From Octopus sinensis (Eukaryota), in assembly GCF_006345805.1 (NCBI RefSeq), contig NW_021835786.1, forward strand, positions 1 to 41,105: a stretch of DNA of 41,105 nt, given 5' to 3'. Position numbers and translations under genes: made by a program. Shown here one piece after another: positions 1 through 12,666 of this stretch (position 1 is the stretch's first letter; the number at the start of each line of letters is the position of its first letter). The notes below the pieces were generated by a model that saw only the letters and a list, made by a program, of their open reading frames with translations, did no database searches and was not told where the DNA came from.

Positions 1-148
1 AGGACTTTATAAATAGCAAAGGTAATTCCCTTAGTAGGGAAGATATTTCTTCGTTCATAGTCCAACTGGTGATGGCCCATTCTGGCGAGAAAAGCTATCA
101 ACTTTAAAGATTATTCACGCATGCGCACACACAAATGCACACATGTGA

Positions 149-180
<32 letters not shown>

Positions 181-240
181 CTGTGTGTGTGTGTGTGTGT
201 ATGTGTGTGTGTGTGTGTGTGTGTGCGGGTGTATATATGT

Positions 241-487
241 GGAATGCCGTTAACCATTTTATCCGGCGTGCTAACAATTCTGCCACCTCGCAATCCTTAA
301 CAAATTTTAGCACAAGGCCACAAACGTTGACCCTCAGTGTGTCACTGGTATTTTTTTCAAAAACCCCGAAAGGATGAAAGGCAAAATCGACCTCGGCGGA
401 ATTTGAACTCTCAACAACGTAAAGACTGACGAAATGCCGCTAAGCATTTTAACCCGGCGCGCTAACGATTCTGCCAGCTCACCGCCC
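241..487 (-). mobile_element. tRNA-derived SINE family A (one near-full copy plus head fragment)
   Basis: Minus strand ggcggtgagctggcagaatcgttag (A box) .. gagttcaaattcc (B box) .. gcctttcatcctttcggggt conserved body. Confidence 0.85.
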
Positions 488-1093
488 TAACAACAATAGT
501 AGTAGTATCATCAAACACCATCATCACCAGCACACACACACACACACACCATCATCATCATCATCTAACACACACAGACACACACACACACATACACGTA
601 CAAAAAGGAAGAAGGGTGTGATGGTCACATGTGCAGTTATCTGTACTGGTTCGCAACGACTGTTTGCCTTCCAATGGGCTACAACACAGCAGGCTATTGA
701 CAATGTCCTATTTCCCCCTTAATCCCACCCCTAACTCTATTTAAAACACTATACTGTTTTATAATATATAAAACACTATACTGTTACATCCCTGTGTGAT
801 AAAACATACAATAATACTGTTGACATGTTATATCTCCCTGTGTGCAATATAACATGCTATACTCTTGAATATAAACCTTTTGATATTTGATATAATCATT
901 TGGAAATAAATTCCATTATTTTTTTTCACGTGATTCTATAATTTGTCATGTTGATTAATTCAAGCAATCAAAGAACTTTTTGAATCCACCTCTCTATATT
1001 TTTCGGGGGGGGGGATGAAATATTTGCAGACTGTTCCATTTCTGCATGGATGCATTTGCATAGACAGAGATATTGTAGAGGTTATCGTTAATA

Positions 1094-1460
1094 AGCGCAG
1101 CCGTGGGTGTGTGATAAGAAGCTTGCTTACCAACCACATGGTTCAGAGTTCGGTTCCACTGCGTGGCACCTTGGGCAAGTGTCTTCTATTATAGCCCCGG
1201 GCTGACCAAAGCCTTATGAGGGAATTTGATAGACGGAAACTGAAAGAAGCCCGTCGTATTCTTTTGCTGCAGTCATTTGACTGCAGTCATGCTGGAACAC
1301 CGCTTTTATTTGAACAAATTGACCCCATGACTTATTCTTTGTAAGTTTAGTACTTATTCTATCAGTCTCTTTTGCCGAACCGCTTAGTTGTGGGGACGTA
1401 AACACGCCAACATCGGTTGTCAAGCGAGAGTGAGAAGACAAACACAGACACGCAAACATA
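1094..1460. mobile_element. CORE-type SINE family B, 5' half on plus strand and 3' half on minus strand
   Basis: Pol III head and caccttgggcaagtgtctt CORE-like motif at 1094-1258. 1259-1460 matches 30940-31140. Confidence 0.8.
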
Positions 1461-1486
1461 TACGTACATACATATATATATATATA

Positions 1487-1890
1487 CTAGCTGACGTACC
1501 CGGTAATTCCCGGGAAAGCGAGGCTTATCCCTTGGTTCCGTTCTCATAATTGTTTCGCTAATACAGTAACAACAGTACAAAGTATGTAGCCCTTAAAACA
1601 GTTTTTATGCATTTACAGAGAACAGTGAACTGTCTTACGCAGGATCATGCTTTTAGGAATTCCCAATAAGTTTTGAATACCCAAATTGTGAAGTCAGTAA
1701 TATAATAACATGAAATTAGTTACCCGATAGTAAGAATTCAAAGTAGCCCTGAAAAGGGCTTTAATGTGTTCCCAGAGTATATAGAACTTAGGAGGAAATA
1801 CCAATACGGTATGTATACTAAAATCATGAAGCTTGTTACGTAATTACAGGCTAATCAGATATGAGAAAATAACAATTCAAACTAAATGTT
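1487..1890 (-). mobile_element. Helitron-like non-autonomous element, 3' terminus
   Basis: Minus strand CCCGG-gaatta-CCGGG hairpin, 8-nt spacer, terminal CTAG followed by T. Extent beyond ~1520 is a guess. Confidence 0.5.
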
Positions 1891-1906
1891 TTTGTCTTCA
1901 GTCATT

Positions 1907-2465
1907 TCAGCTTCGTCCACCACAGCCACCAGGCAGAGGAAAACTGACTTTCTTTTCCGGCCAACAGAAGGCGGGTGAGGTGCGATCTTCGCGATGGACT
2001 TGGCTGATAACTGGATCTGTACCACACGCGTCAACAGCTTTCGACAAAGCTCCACAAGTCAGTAATGCCCGGACACTGGACCAATGCATACAGGACGGTT
2101 TAGTCGCACATCTCGAACTGGTCCGGCTGACAGCACTTCCGTGACTGTAGAGCTTGTCTCGAATCGGCAGAGCTCTCCAGTAGCACTGGAAGTTATAGAT
2201 AGGATCCGGTTCCAAAGCCCTCCGGAAAAGACCAGCTAATTGATCCCTCCCGATGCCCAGAGTTTCCTGAGGATGTCATCGCTCTTGCCCGCCACTAATC
2301 CCCTATAGAACTCCACAGTGAAACTTCCACCGACCATATTGCCCGACTGGCAGAAAGCCGTGATCGCTTGTCGACACTCCAAGTGCCAAGCGCCCTTTTT
2401 TGGTCTACACTCGATCCAGGACTGTAGCCCCGTCAATGAGACGTGGTTTACCAGGCGCGAACCAG
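1907..2465 (-). mobile_element. Tx1/L1-like LINE ORF2 C-terminal fragment (zf-RVT-like), disrupted
   Basis: Translation YWRALPIRDKLYSHGSAVSRTSSRC resembles the zf-RVT region. Homologous to 24950-25330. Confidence 0.7.
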
Positions 2466-2479
2466 TTTAATATTGATTT

Positions 2480-2875
2480 TCAATATCTTTCTTATTACAA
2501 AGCCACGCAGTTAAGGAGCGACAATCGATCAAAGATCAAACCCATTATTTAACCGAAGAAAATTTTACTGTTTCTAGAGGGTTGAAAAACAAAGCCAACA
2601 TGGGCGAGATTTGAACTCAAAACGTATAGTGACTTAGCTAAATACTGCCAGATATTTTGACCGACGTTTTAAAGATTCTTCCAATATATCATCCTTTAAA
2701 GGAGAAATGCTTAGCAGCATTGGTCCGTCTTCACGTTGCGAGTTCAAATTCTGCCGAGGCCGACTGTGTTTTTTATCCTTTTGGGGATCGATAAAATGAG
2801 TACCATTGGGATCGATGTCATCGACTCACCCCCTCACCTCTGAAATTGTTGGTCCTGTGCCAAGATTTAAAATCA
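2480..2875. mobile_element. Two degenerate SINE A copies, head-to-head
   Basis: atttgaactcaaaacgt (minus) at ~2609 and gagttcaaattctgccgagg (plus) at ~2740. Confidence 0.7.
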
Positions 2876-3809
2876 ATATCATTTATTTAATCTCTGATTC
2901 TACTGATTTTGCCAAACCAAAACTGTTCTTCCCGCCTTTTTTATTGATTCAACTAATCCACCGCCATTAATGTCTTCGTTTGCACACAGCTTCATATTTA
3001 GAGAACGAAAGACAAAAACAATTTGTGATTCAGAGATGTTCATACCGTTCCAAAAAGTATTAGTATTGTGTCATAATTGAAATGAAATACCAAGAAGGGA
3101 AACCGGAAATGTCACAGCTGTTCCGGCACCATGGACCCTTGGTGAGCTTGCACCTCCACCCCCATGCCTTATTCCTATATTATCTTCCACCCATGAAATA
3201 TCGTCATCACTCGCAGATACCCACGCGCACACATACACACGCGTATGTCAGATGACGGCTTCACATTTTGGTAAAGCTGTAGATTACTGCTTCTTCATGA
3301 CATGACGTATGTGCGTGCAATGTAACAGTATTACATCATAGGGAGAGCATATTGATATTGACACTGTTGCCTTTAATAAGGGATTACAACGGTGATGAGT
3401 GCGTCGTGTGGATTGAAGTGTTGTTTGCTCACAGGGGACAACGAACCAACCAAAAATTTAACTCAGTAAAATTTCATCAATGAAACTGTCGTTGTCTCTT
3501 CTGTTAGTATCGTAAGAATATCTCGTGTGAATAAATAGCAGACATGCAGGGAATTGTATTGAAGTGTGTTTGCTTGCGCGCGCCTGTGTGTGTGCATGTG
3601 TATGCATCTGTATATATATATATATATATATAATATATATATATATTATATATATATAAAATGTGTGTATGTACACACATAAGCATATATATACACACAT
3701 AATGTATACATATAATAATATAAATAATATATAAATATATGCATATGTACATACCTACATATATGTACATACCTACATATATATGTATGTATACATACTT
3801 GCATATATG

Positions 3810-3981
3810 GGTACAGGACACCAGAAAAAACGTGAACAAAATGAGAAACGAGAACGTGAAAGAACAAAAACATAGAAAACGAATTTTTTTCGAATAACGA
3901 AAGAAACAAACAGAGAAACGAGACAGGCAACATAAAGAACATTTCCTTCATCAGTTGTCCCCTGTTTTATCAACTCCGCGT
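3810..3981 (-). mobile_element. Short repeat in (TA)n, same family as 13920-14172
   Basis: Reverse complement aligns with 13995-14170 (gataaaacag.ggacaactgatgaa..tgttctttatgttgcctgtc..ttttgttcacgtttt). Confidence 0.65.
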
Positions 3982-3982
3982 A

Positions 3983-4013
<31 letters not shown>

Positions 4014-4289
4014 CACTCACTCTTTTTCGCCGCGCACTATTCCTGGGAGTAGCATGGAAGGAGCGTCCTTAGGCGCAACCCCTTAGAATCCTAAGAAAAG
4101 CAGCCGTCATTGCGTTTTTCTACTGGATTCCCAGGCTTGACCAAATGTTACTATGGCTATTATCCATCCATCGCACTCTTTGTTTACCTCTTGGTCTCCG
4201 GCCAGTTGGCGTGTTTACATATACACGCACAGATGTACTCGCACATACACACACACATAGACACATATATAAAGCCTAAAAGAAAAAAA

Positions 4290-4395
4290 AATTCAATTGT
4301 CACTAATTATGATTAAGGGTGCTGTGTAGCACCTATATTGCTACAAATGTAGGCGCTAATCCGCACCCTAATCCACAATTAATGACAATTGAATT
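4290..4395. repeat. Imperfect ~105-bp foldback
   Basis: aattcaattgtcactaatt..agggtgc..tagcaccta / taggcgcta..gcaccct..aattaatgacaattgaatt. Confidence 0.85.
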
Positions 4396-4456
4396 ATTCC
4401 TTTTTTGGTTTGTATTGCTTATAGCTGTCTTCATTATTTAATATGTGTGTGTGTGT

Positions 4457-4488
<32 letters not shown>

Positions 4489-4500
4489 GTGTGTGTTGTG

Positions 4501-4531
<31 letters not shown>

Positions 4532-5419
4532 TGTGTGTGTGTGTGTGTGTTTATATTTAATACATTTCAGGTTAGTAAAATATTATTTAGAAATTTTTTA
4601 CCACCGTGGCCTAGCGTGTAGAAAATCTAGTCAATAGACTATATATTATTCATTATATATACAGTGTACATTTAAACACATATGCGATGGCCATAATCAG
4701 ACATCTAAACCGCTAGAAGGAGTAGTTAAAATCCAAACTACAATTAGGGGTAATTTCGAAAAGGAATGAAAAATAAAAACATTTACCACCTATTTTCTGG
4801 ACCTTTGTTTCAAGCTATCTTCAGCAAATAAAGTAATTTGCTAGGCGAAGCTCTCATCAGCAGGAAAGCCAAAGATTAACATATAAGTCCGAGGAAATAC
4901 AGAATATGCCTCGTGCTTACATGTTATGTAAAGCAGCCAAATGATAAACTACCTGAAAAATTACAAGAGCGGTCTATAATCTGCATTCCGTAATTTTATA
5001 CTGAGCGGAGAGGATTTCATGCTCACTTTCACATTAAAGGTGGTCGCAGGCACTTTCAAGAAAAGCAGCTTCAAAAAGAGACCGGTGGTAACTGCAGTGG
5101 CGTGTTCAAACCCAAACTAGTTATAAGAATCTCACTCATTTGCTAGGTTGCACCAGAACATCTGACGACATTGCATGGATGAGTAACCCTAAATGTGGTT
5201 CATGTTTTTACTTTAATATTATATCTTGTTTAAATTATTGAATGCCTTACATACAAGTTCATGCTTGTTCTGTATTTATTCATTTTAATATTCCCTTTAT
5301 GCAACGCCCCTCCCTCCCCATTATCTAACTGTGTCATGTCCATCCTCACATATTTTGTAACCAACTTGTCTATTGCACGTATGAACGGATATTGTGGCTT
5401 ATAAAGGAAAAAAATGTTA

Positions 5420-6365
5420 TTTGCAGCATTTCTTCCGGATTTATATTCTGAGTTCAAATTCCACCGGGATCGGCTTTCTTCCTTTCGGGGTTGATAAAAT
5501 AAGTACCAGTTGAACACTGGGGTCGATGTAATCGGCTCATCCCCTCCCCCAAAATTTTTGCCCTTGTAGCAAAATTTCAAACCATTGTTGTTATTATTAA
5601 AGGAAGCGAGCTGACAAAATCGTTTGTGGCATTTCGTTCGTCTTCACGTTCTGAGTTCGAATTCCGCCGAGTTCGACTTCGCATTTAGCCCTTTCAGCGA
5701 TAATATATGGTAAGTACTAGTAGAGTACTGAGGTCAATGTAGCCGACATACCCCTCCCCCAAAACTGCTGGCCTTGTGCCAAAATTTGAAACCGCTATTT
5801 TTAACGGAACCACCATTATGACATACGACCGGATTTTGGTTTTGTTTTAATTACGTTCTTTTGCATTCCGAGTTCAAATCCCGCCTGGTTTGACGTAGTA
5901 CTTTATCCTTTGAAGGCTGCTAAATTAAACAACCAGTTAAGTACTGTGGTCAATATAATACTCTCAGCTCATCTCCCAGGATTTGTGGCCATTATACCTA
6001 AGTTAGATAACGTTTTTGACGAAGTAGCACAGACAACAGAGTGCTGGAAAAGATTCCTGACAATATTCAGCAACATACTGAGTTCAAATCCCACCAGACC
6101 TACCTCTGCCTTTCATTCTAACTAGATCGATGCAATAAATTAGCAGTAATACTCACAGTTCGATTTAATCGATTATAACCTCCCTCACAATTTACCTTAT
6201 AGTGTTTAGTTATGTCATTTTACGTTCTAATCCCGCCGAAGTCGGCTTTGCTCTTCATCCAATCTAGTTGATAAAATATACCAGTCATCTACTGAGGTCG
6301 ATATGATGGACTGATCACTCGCCACAGAAAAGAAAAACGTTCTGGCCTTGTGCCTATGTTGGAAA
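5420..6365 (+). mobile_element. Tandem run of five degenerate SINE A copies
   Basis: B-box segments at ~5450, 5653, 5870, 6079 and ~6225, each followed by the gataaa..agtacc..gtcgat body. Confidence 0.8.
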
Positions 6366-6461
6366 TTATTGCTGTGGTTGTTATTGTTGTTGTAATATGA
6401 TTCAATCACTGGAAGTCAATTAATGGAATTAGCTTTGTTTCATTCACTCACATATATTGTG

Positions 6462-6492
<31 letters not shown>

Positions 6493-6587
6493 CGCACACA
6501 TACACACACAAACACAAATACACACATATCTGTTCTTGCATACATACTGCATTTCTACTAACGACTCACCTATCTCTCTCTCGCTCG

Positions 6588-6627
<40 letters not shown>

Positions 6628-7528
6628 GCACACACACAAACATACACACGTACACATTCACAACTAATTTACTCTCCATATCACCGTCATACTCCACTCC
6701 ACCCCATATTGCCAACATATTATGACCTTCCCTCATTCATGGAGACTCGGTTAAATACTGAACTCACCCACCCCCTCTTCTTACATATATAAGCGTGTAT
6801 ATATATATATATATGAATATATATACATGCATACATACATATATACACATACAGATATGCGTGCATATATATATATATATGTGTGTGTGTGTATGTGTGT
6901 GTACATGCGCACCCAAACACATACCACTACCACAGTACACACCTCTACATTAGACTGTAATAAACATATTTCACATCCATTTGGCGCCGTTCCAATTTAT
7001 ACATTATTCTCGCACCAGGTGGAGCTGTTGTGGAGAGATGGTCGGCCATATTTGATGATTACTCTTTCTTTACTAAATGACTTTTTGTTGTCATATTCTT
7101 TAACGCTAATGTGGTTGTTATAATTGTTGTTGTTCCTCTCTCATCGTTGTCGTTTTTATAATTGTTGTAGTTGTTAGCGATGCTGATGTTGTTATCGATA
7201 ATGTTGTGGTTGATGTGGTTGTTTAACCCCGGGTCAATCCTGAACGAATTGACCTGTGATAACAGCTATCCCAACTATGGATCTACCTTTTTTGTTTTTT
7301 TTATTTTTTGTTTGTTTTTGGGGTTTTTTTTCATTGTGCATCTCCAACTACGATATTTTATTTCGTTCTTTAATTGTTAATACGGTCGCTTGAATTTTGA
7401 AAGAAATTTGGTTGCTATCTCTACAAGATCGCGCGAGCTCCAAAAGATTGTTTCGAAGACTTTGGCATTTTTCTTGGTGCTGTGTTTATGCTATTGTTTT
7501 TGCTGTTGTTATTGCTTGCTGCTGTTGT

Positions 7529-7744
7529 CTTCTTCTTCTTCTTCTTCTTCTTCCTTCTTCTTCTTCCTTCTTTCTTCTTCTTCTTTCTTCTTCTTCTTCT
7601 TCTTCTTCTTTCTTCTTCTCTTTTCTTCTCTTCTTCTTCTCCTCCTTCTTCTCTTCTTCTTCTTTCTTCTTCTTCTTCTTCTTCTTCTTCTTCTTTTCTT
7701 CTCTCTTCTTATTCTTCTTCTGTTCTTCTTCTTCTTCTTCTTCT
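7529..7744. repeat. (TTC)n microsatellite
   Basis: Direct reading; ~215-bp almost pure polypyrimidine tract. Confidence 0.95.
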
Positions 7745-8478
7745 AATAAGGGATGACTCACGTAGTAGAGTAGTAGAAGAAGAAGAATAAGTAGTTAGTA
7801 TATAGTAGTAGTAGTAGTTAGATGTAATGAGTGAGTGAGTGAGTGAGTGTCAGAGCTACAACGTTGTATTCTGTGTCGAGAGAAGGATGTCATCGAAACA
7901 AAAAAAAGATCTTTTCTGCTGTTTTCTATTTTTAAGTCCGCTGCTAGTTAACATGTATTATCTGATGGTCTCCACTCCAACATACACCACGCTGTGCTCG
8001 TTAGCTACCACTCCATACCGCACAGATGCTACAACAACAACAAACAACAGCAGCAATTACAACATCAGCCACAACGACAATGTCAGCCATAATGGTTACA
8101 GCTACCACTCCGCACCACACCTATACTACAACAAGAACAACGACAATATCAGCCATAATAGTTGCAGCTACTAATCCACACCACACAGATACTACAACAC
8201 ATACAGAAATTACAGCTGCTACCACAACAACAACGGCAGCCATAATAGTTACAGCTACCACTCTACACTATACTAATACAACTACATCAACAACAGCAAC
8301 AGTAATTGCATCCACAACAGCCGTAACAACAGCTACTACCTCACACCACCCAGCTACTACATGAACTGATATAACGAATATAGCAACAACAACAATAACT
8401 ACCACTACTACTACTACTACTTCTACTTCTACTACTACTACTACTACTACTAATAATAATAATAATAATAATAATAAT

Positions 8479-8850
8479 GGAAGCACTCCATCGGTTACGA
8501 CGACGAGGGTTCCGGTTGATCCGAATCAACGGAACAGCCTGCTCGTGAAATTAACGTGTAAGTGGCTGAGCACTCCACAGACACGTGTACCCTTGACGTA
8601 GTTCTCGGGGATATTCAGCGTGACACAGAGTGACAAAGCCGGCCCTTTGAAATACAGGTACAACAGAAACAAGAAGTAAGAGTGAGAGAAAGTTGTGGTG
8701 AAAGAGTACAGCAGGGATCACCACCATCCCTGCCGGAGCCTCGTGGAGCTTTAGGTGTTTTCGCTCAATAAACACTCACAACGCCCGGTCTGGGAATCGA
8801 AACCGCGATCCTACGACCGCGAGTCCGCTGTCCTAACCACTGGGCCATTA
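8479..8850 (-). mobile_element. tRNA-derived SINE family C within (AAT)n
   Basis: Minus strand TGGCCCAGTGG A box, GTTTCGATTCC B box, GC-rich body, 3' hairpin at 8509-8535, (ATT)n tail. Confidence 0.85.
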
Positions 8851-8852
8851 TC

Positions 8853-8862
8853 AATAATAATG

Positions 8863-8950
<88 letters not shown>

Positions 8951-8980
8951 TAATATGACAAAATGATGATAATAATGGTG

Positions 8981-9012
<32 letters not shown>
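8853..9012. repeat. (AAT)n microsatellite
   Basis: Direct reading. Confidence 0.95.
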
Positions 9013-9013
<1 letters not shown>

Positions 9014-9029
9014 GAAATAGTAATAGTAA

Positions 9030-9348
9030 TACTGGTATCTGTTTTATCGCCCCCCAAATGATTGAAAGGTAGGGTCGACATCGGTGGAAATTGATCTAGG
9101 AACGTAAAGACGGATGAAATACCGCTTAGCCTTTTGCCCAGCGTGCTAACGATTCTGCCAGCTCACTATTTCTGCCTTGCTAGAAATAGTGGTCAAAATA
9201 ATGGCTTCAAATTTTGGCACACATTCTGCAATTTTGAGGAGGGAGGGAGGGGTAAATCGATTACATCGACCACAGCGTCCAGCTGGTACCTATTTTATCG
9301 ATCCCGAAATAAGAACGTGAAGACGGTCGAAATACGGCTAAGCATTTT
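9030..9348 (-). mobile_element. Two SINE A fragments in tandem
   Basis: gaacgtaaagacggatgaaataccgcttagc..gattctgccagctcac and tcgattacatcgacc..ctggtacc..gaaatacggctaagcattt. Confidence 0.75.
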
Positions 9349-9353
9349 TGAGA

Positions 9354-9387
9354 AACAACAACAACAACAACAATAATAATAATAATA

Positions 9388-9449
<62 letters not shown>

Positions 9450-9540
9450 AATAATAATAATGGCAATAGCAATAATAATAATAATAATAATGAAAAGAAG
9501 GAGGAGGAGGAGATCAAGAAGAAGAAGAAGAAGAGGAGGA
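9354..9540. repeat. Compound (AAC)(AAT)(GAT)(AAT)(GAR) microsatellite
   Basis: Direct reading. Confidence 0.95.
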
Positions 9541-10044
9541 ATATTAATTTTTATACCATTATAAGTATACACTCGTTGAAATGTGGGAAACGATACCCGC
9601 ATTTGCGGATGAAAGAGCACAATTAGACAGAAAGTTTCCCTACAATATTTCCCTCGACCATATTGTAGTTTGACCCACGTAAATCATATTTTGCATACTC
9701 TTATGTACAGAATCCTCTCTACACACTTTAAACCAAACACTCCATTCAATCTAATCTGCCCAATCCATTCTACACAATCTAATCGAAGCAAATTCATTAC
9801 ACACATACTAATTAATTATAATACACAGTCAAATCCACACAGTCTCTTCTACACTGGATAATCCCTACAATGTCTAATCCAAATATTCCTGTCTACACAG
9901 TCTAATTCATACACTTCCTTATACAATCTCTAATCTACAGAATCCAGCTCAGAATCTAATGTTCCTTCATGTTTCATACCTGATAATTTCAATTATCAAT
10001 TAACTACGAGACACATTCTATCCCCACAAAACCACACGAGCGTG

Positions 10045-10078
<34 letters not shown>

Positions 10079-10985
10079 CACTCACACACACACACACACA
10101 CTCACACACGCATACAAGCACACATACACACAAACACAAACGCATCCACACACGAGTGTGACATCAAGGTCTAAATGCTGTATTGAATTGTCAACCACCT
10201 CCCACGAATCTCCGGGACACCAGACTCTCACTGCAGCGGTCTACATTGGTTGTCTCTGTTGTGTCTGGCACAACACCACCATCACCACCATCGCCACCGT
10301 CACTACGTCACCACCAATGCCACAACGTCGCCGTCATCACTACACCACCATCAGCATCACCACCAATGTACAACCATCGTCATAACGGCGGTGTGTTACA
10401 CGGAAGCATGTAAGATAGCATTATAACAAACGCTAATACCACTTACTACTACCCCAACAATACTACCACCATCACAACAACAACAACACTGCCATCACAC
10501 AATAATGCCAATACAATACACAAGCACTGCACACTAATACCGCCACGATACTACTACCACAATACATTCGCACCACTACCAAAACACATAGGTACCACAC
10601 ACTCACTACTACCAGAACATATAGGGTACCACACAATCTCATACAACAACACTACAATGCTACTACCATTGCACACTCGCACCACTGCAATAGGCTTTTG
10701 GTGCAGAATGCACACTTGCTTATATCGCTTGTGGTGAGGTAACTCCCCACCAACTCCAGCGTCGAGACTACCAGATCACGTGATTTCAACCTTCCTTGGT
10801 CTCATTGGTAATGGACGCTCGATTGCTAGAGATAGCAGAGACTCATCCCTCGCTAGCGATATATAGAAAATCAGTTGCAGAACCACCACCTTGACATGTT
10901 AACTCCTTACACTAATACTACTACAACACTAAACTACTACGGTTACAGTTACACAGGGGTGGGTAGGATAGCAACTTAATATGCC

Positions 10986-11163
10986 TATTTGTTTATTACC
11001 CACAAGGGGCTAAACACAGAGGGGACAAACAAGGACAGACACACCCCGAAAGGGTGAAAGGCAAAGTCGACCTCGGCGGAATTTGAACTCAGAACGTAGC
11101 GGCAGACGAAATACCGCAAAGCATTTCGTCCGGCGTACTAACGTTTCTGCCAGCTCGCCGCCT
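10986..11163 (-). mobile_element. SINE A with internal deletion and 13-bp TSD
   Basis: Head and tail intact. Flanks aacttaatatgcc (10973-10985) and aacttaatatacc (11167-11179). Confidence 0.85.
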
Positions 11164-12104
11164 TGAAACTTAATATACCACAACCGAAATAATGTCATTC
11201 TAAAAATAAACAATCGCATCATTGAAATCTTGAAGCTATGGCATATTGCATGATTAATTCGAAAGAAGGCGAATAAATAAGCATTAGATTAGAAAGAGTG
11301 ACCGGAATATTGAAGAGTTAATTTTGAGTCGGCAAAACCTCGTGAGTGATATCGTTAATATAGATACGTGTGGAATCTCGGTGGTTGGACTGCACTTTAT
11401 GGAGACTTAATTCCTCGCCCAGTTTAAGCCAACCTGCCAGCCTTTTGGTATCTTTAGTGGAGTACACAGGGTTTCAAGCCTTCTAACCAGTTCTCTGGCC
11501 TGGAGAGAACCTCCCCCTTTTTGTGCTCCTCCTCTACACCAATTCATTAAAAGTATATTAACATTACACAACACAACACTACATCAATACAGAGCACCAA
11601 AAACACAACAGTATCATTAGATATCAATACGTACAACACACCAACCAATAGCACGTGACACTTAACCCTGCAATGAATATTTTATCATAATAAACAAAAA
11701 CGAGATATATCAAGACTACAACGAACAACTACGCTCGATCGACTAAAACAGATCTTGCCGCTACTGCTCGATAACAATAACAACAACATCATCTTTCTTT
11801 CGGCGAACTTCCTCACTTCACATCTCCTGCCCTTCCTTCACATTCTCATCGTCGTCATTCAGGATTTCATTATAGAATGACCCCCTGCTGGGAAATCAGT
11901 TAATACCTGTAACAAAGTGGCCAGTGAGTGCGCCAATATGTTTCGTTTCTATTTAATAAATCGCCAGCGTTTTAGCCTGAAAAGAAAATATTAAATATTA
12001 GAAATAATTTATTACACATTACTTGCTGACTACTTTTTCCTTACTTCACTGTTTATGGCGGTTCCTATATTACACATATATCAATAGCAGTGTGACATGT
12101 CTAA

Positions 12105-12383
12105 GTCTCTCTATCTCTCTATCTATTTATCTATCTCCCTCGCTCTTTCTCTCTCTCTCTCTCTATCTATCTATCTCTATCTCTATCTCTCTGTTTATCT
12201 ATGTCTATCCATCTGTCTATCTATCTATTTATCTATTCATTTGTTTATCTGTATGTATCTATCTATCTATCCATCCATCCATCCATCTATCCATCTATTT
12301 ATCTACCTATCCATCCATCTATTTATCTATCTATCTATCTATCTATCTCTATCTATCTATCTATCTAGCTATCTATCTATCTA

Positions 12384-12435
<52 letters not shown>

Positions 12436-12455
12436 TATATATATATTATATATAT
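12105..12455. repeat. (CT)n/(CTAT)n/(TA)n compound microsatellite
   Basis: Direct reading. Confidence 0.95.
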
Positions 12456-12666
12456 ACGGGAAGCTTTATGAAAATAAACAAAAGACGAAGGCAGGTGGAA
12501 TACAAACAAACAATTGTATTAGTATGTCGCTCAGGAATATAAATAAAACAAGTCTTTTACGTTTCGAGCCTACGCTCTTCAACAGAAAGATAAACAGAAA
12601 AGAAACACGGAGAGAAACAAGGAGAGAAAAAGAATGCGTGCAGAAGCTAGCGAATCGACATGGCGA

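Noticed and set aside
4040-4110. RILRKA-like peptide suggesting another Dong/R4 end
   Set aside because: Too short and frameshifted to support.
8780-8850. tRNA-like sequence
   Set aside because: SINE head; lacks a complete acceptor stem and continues into the SINE body.
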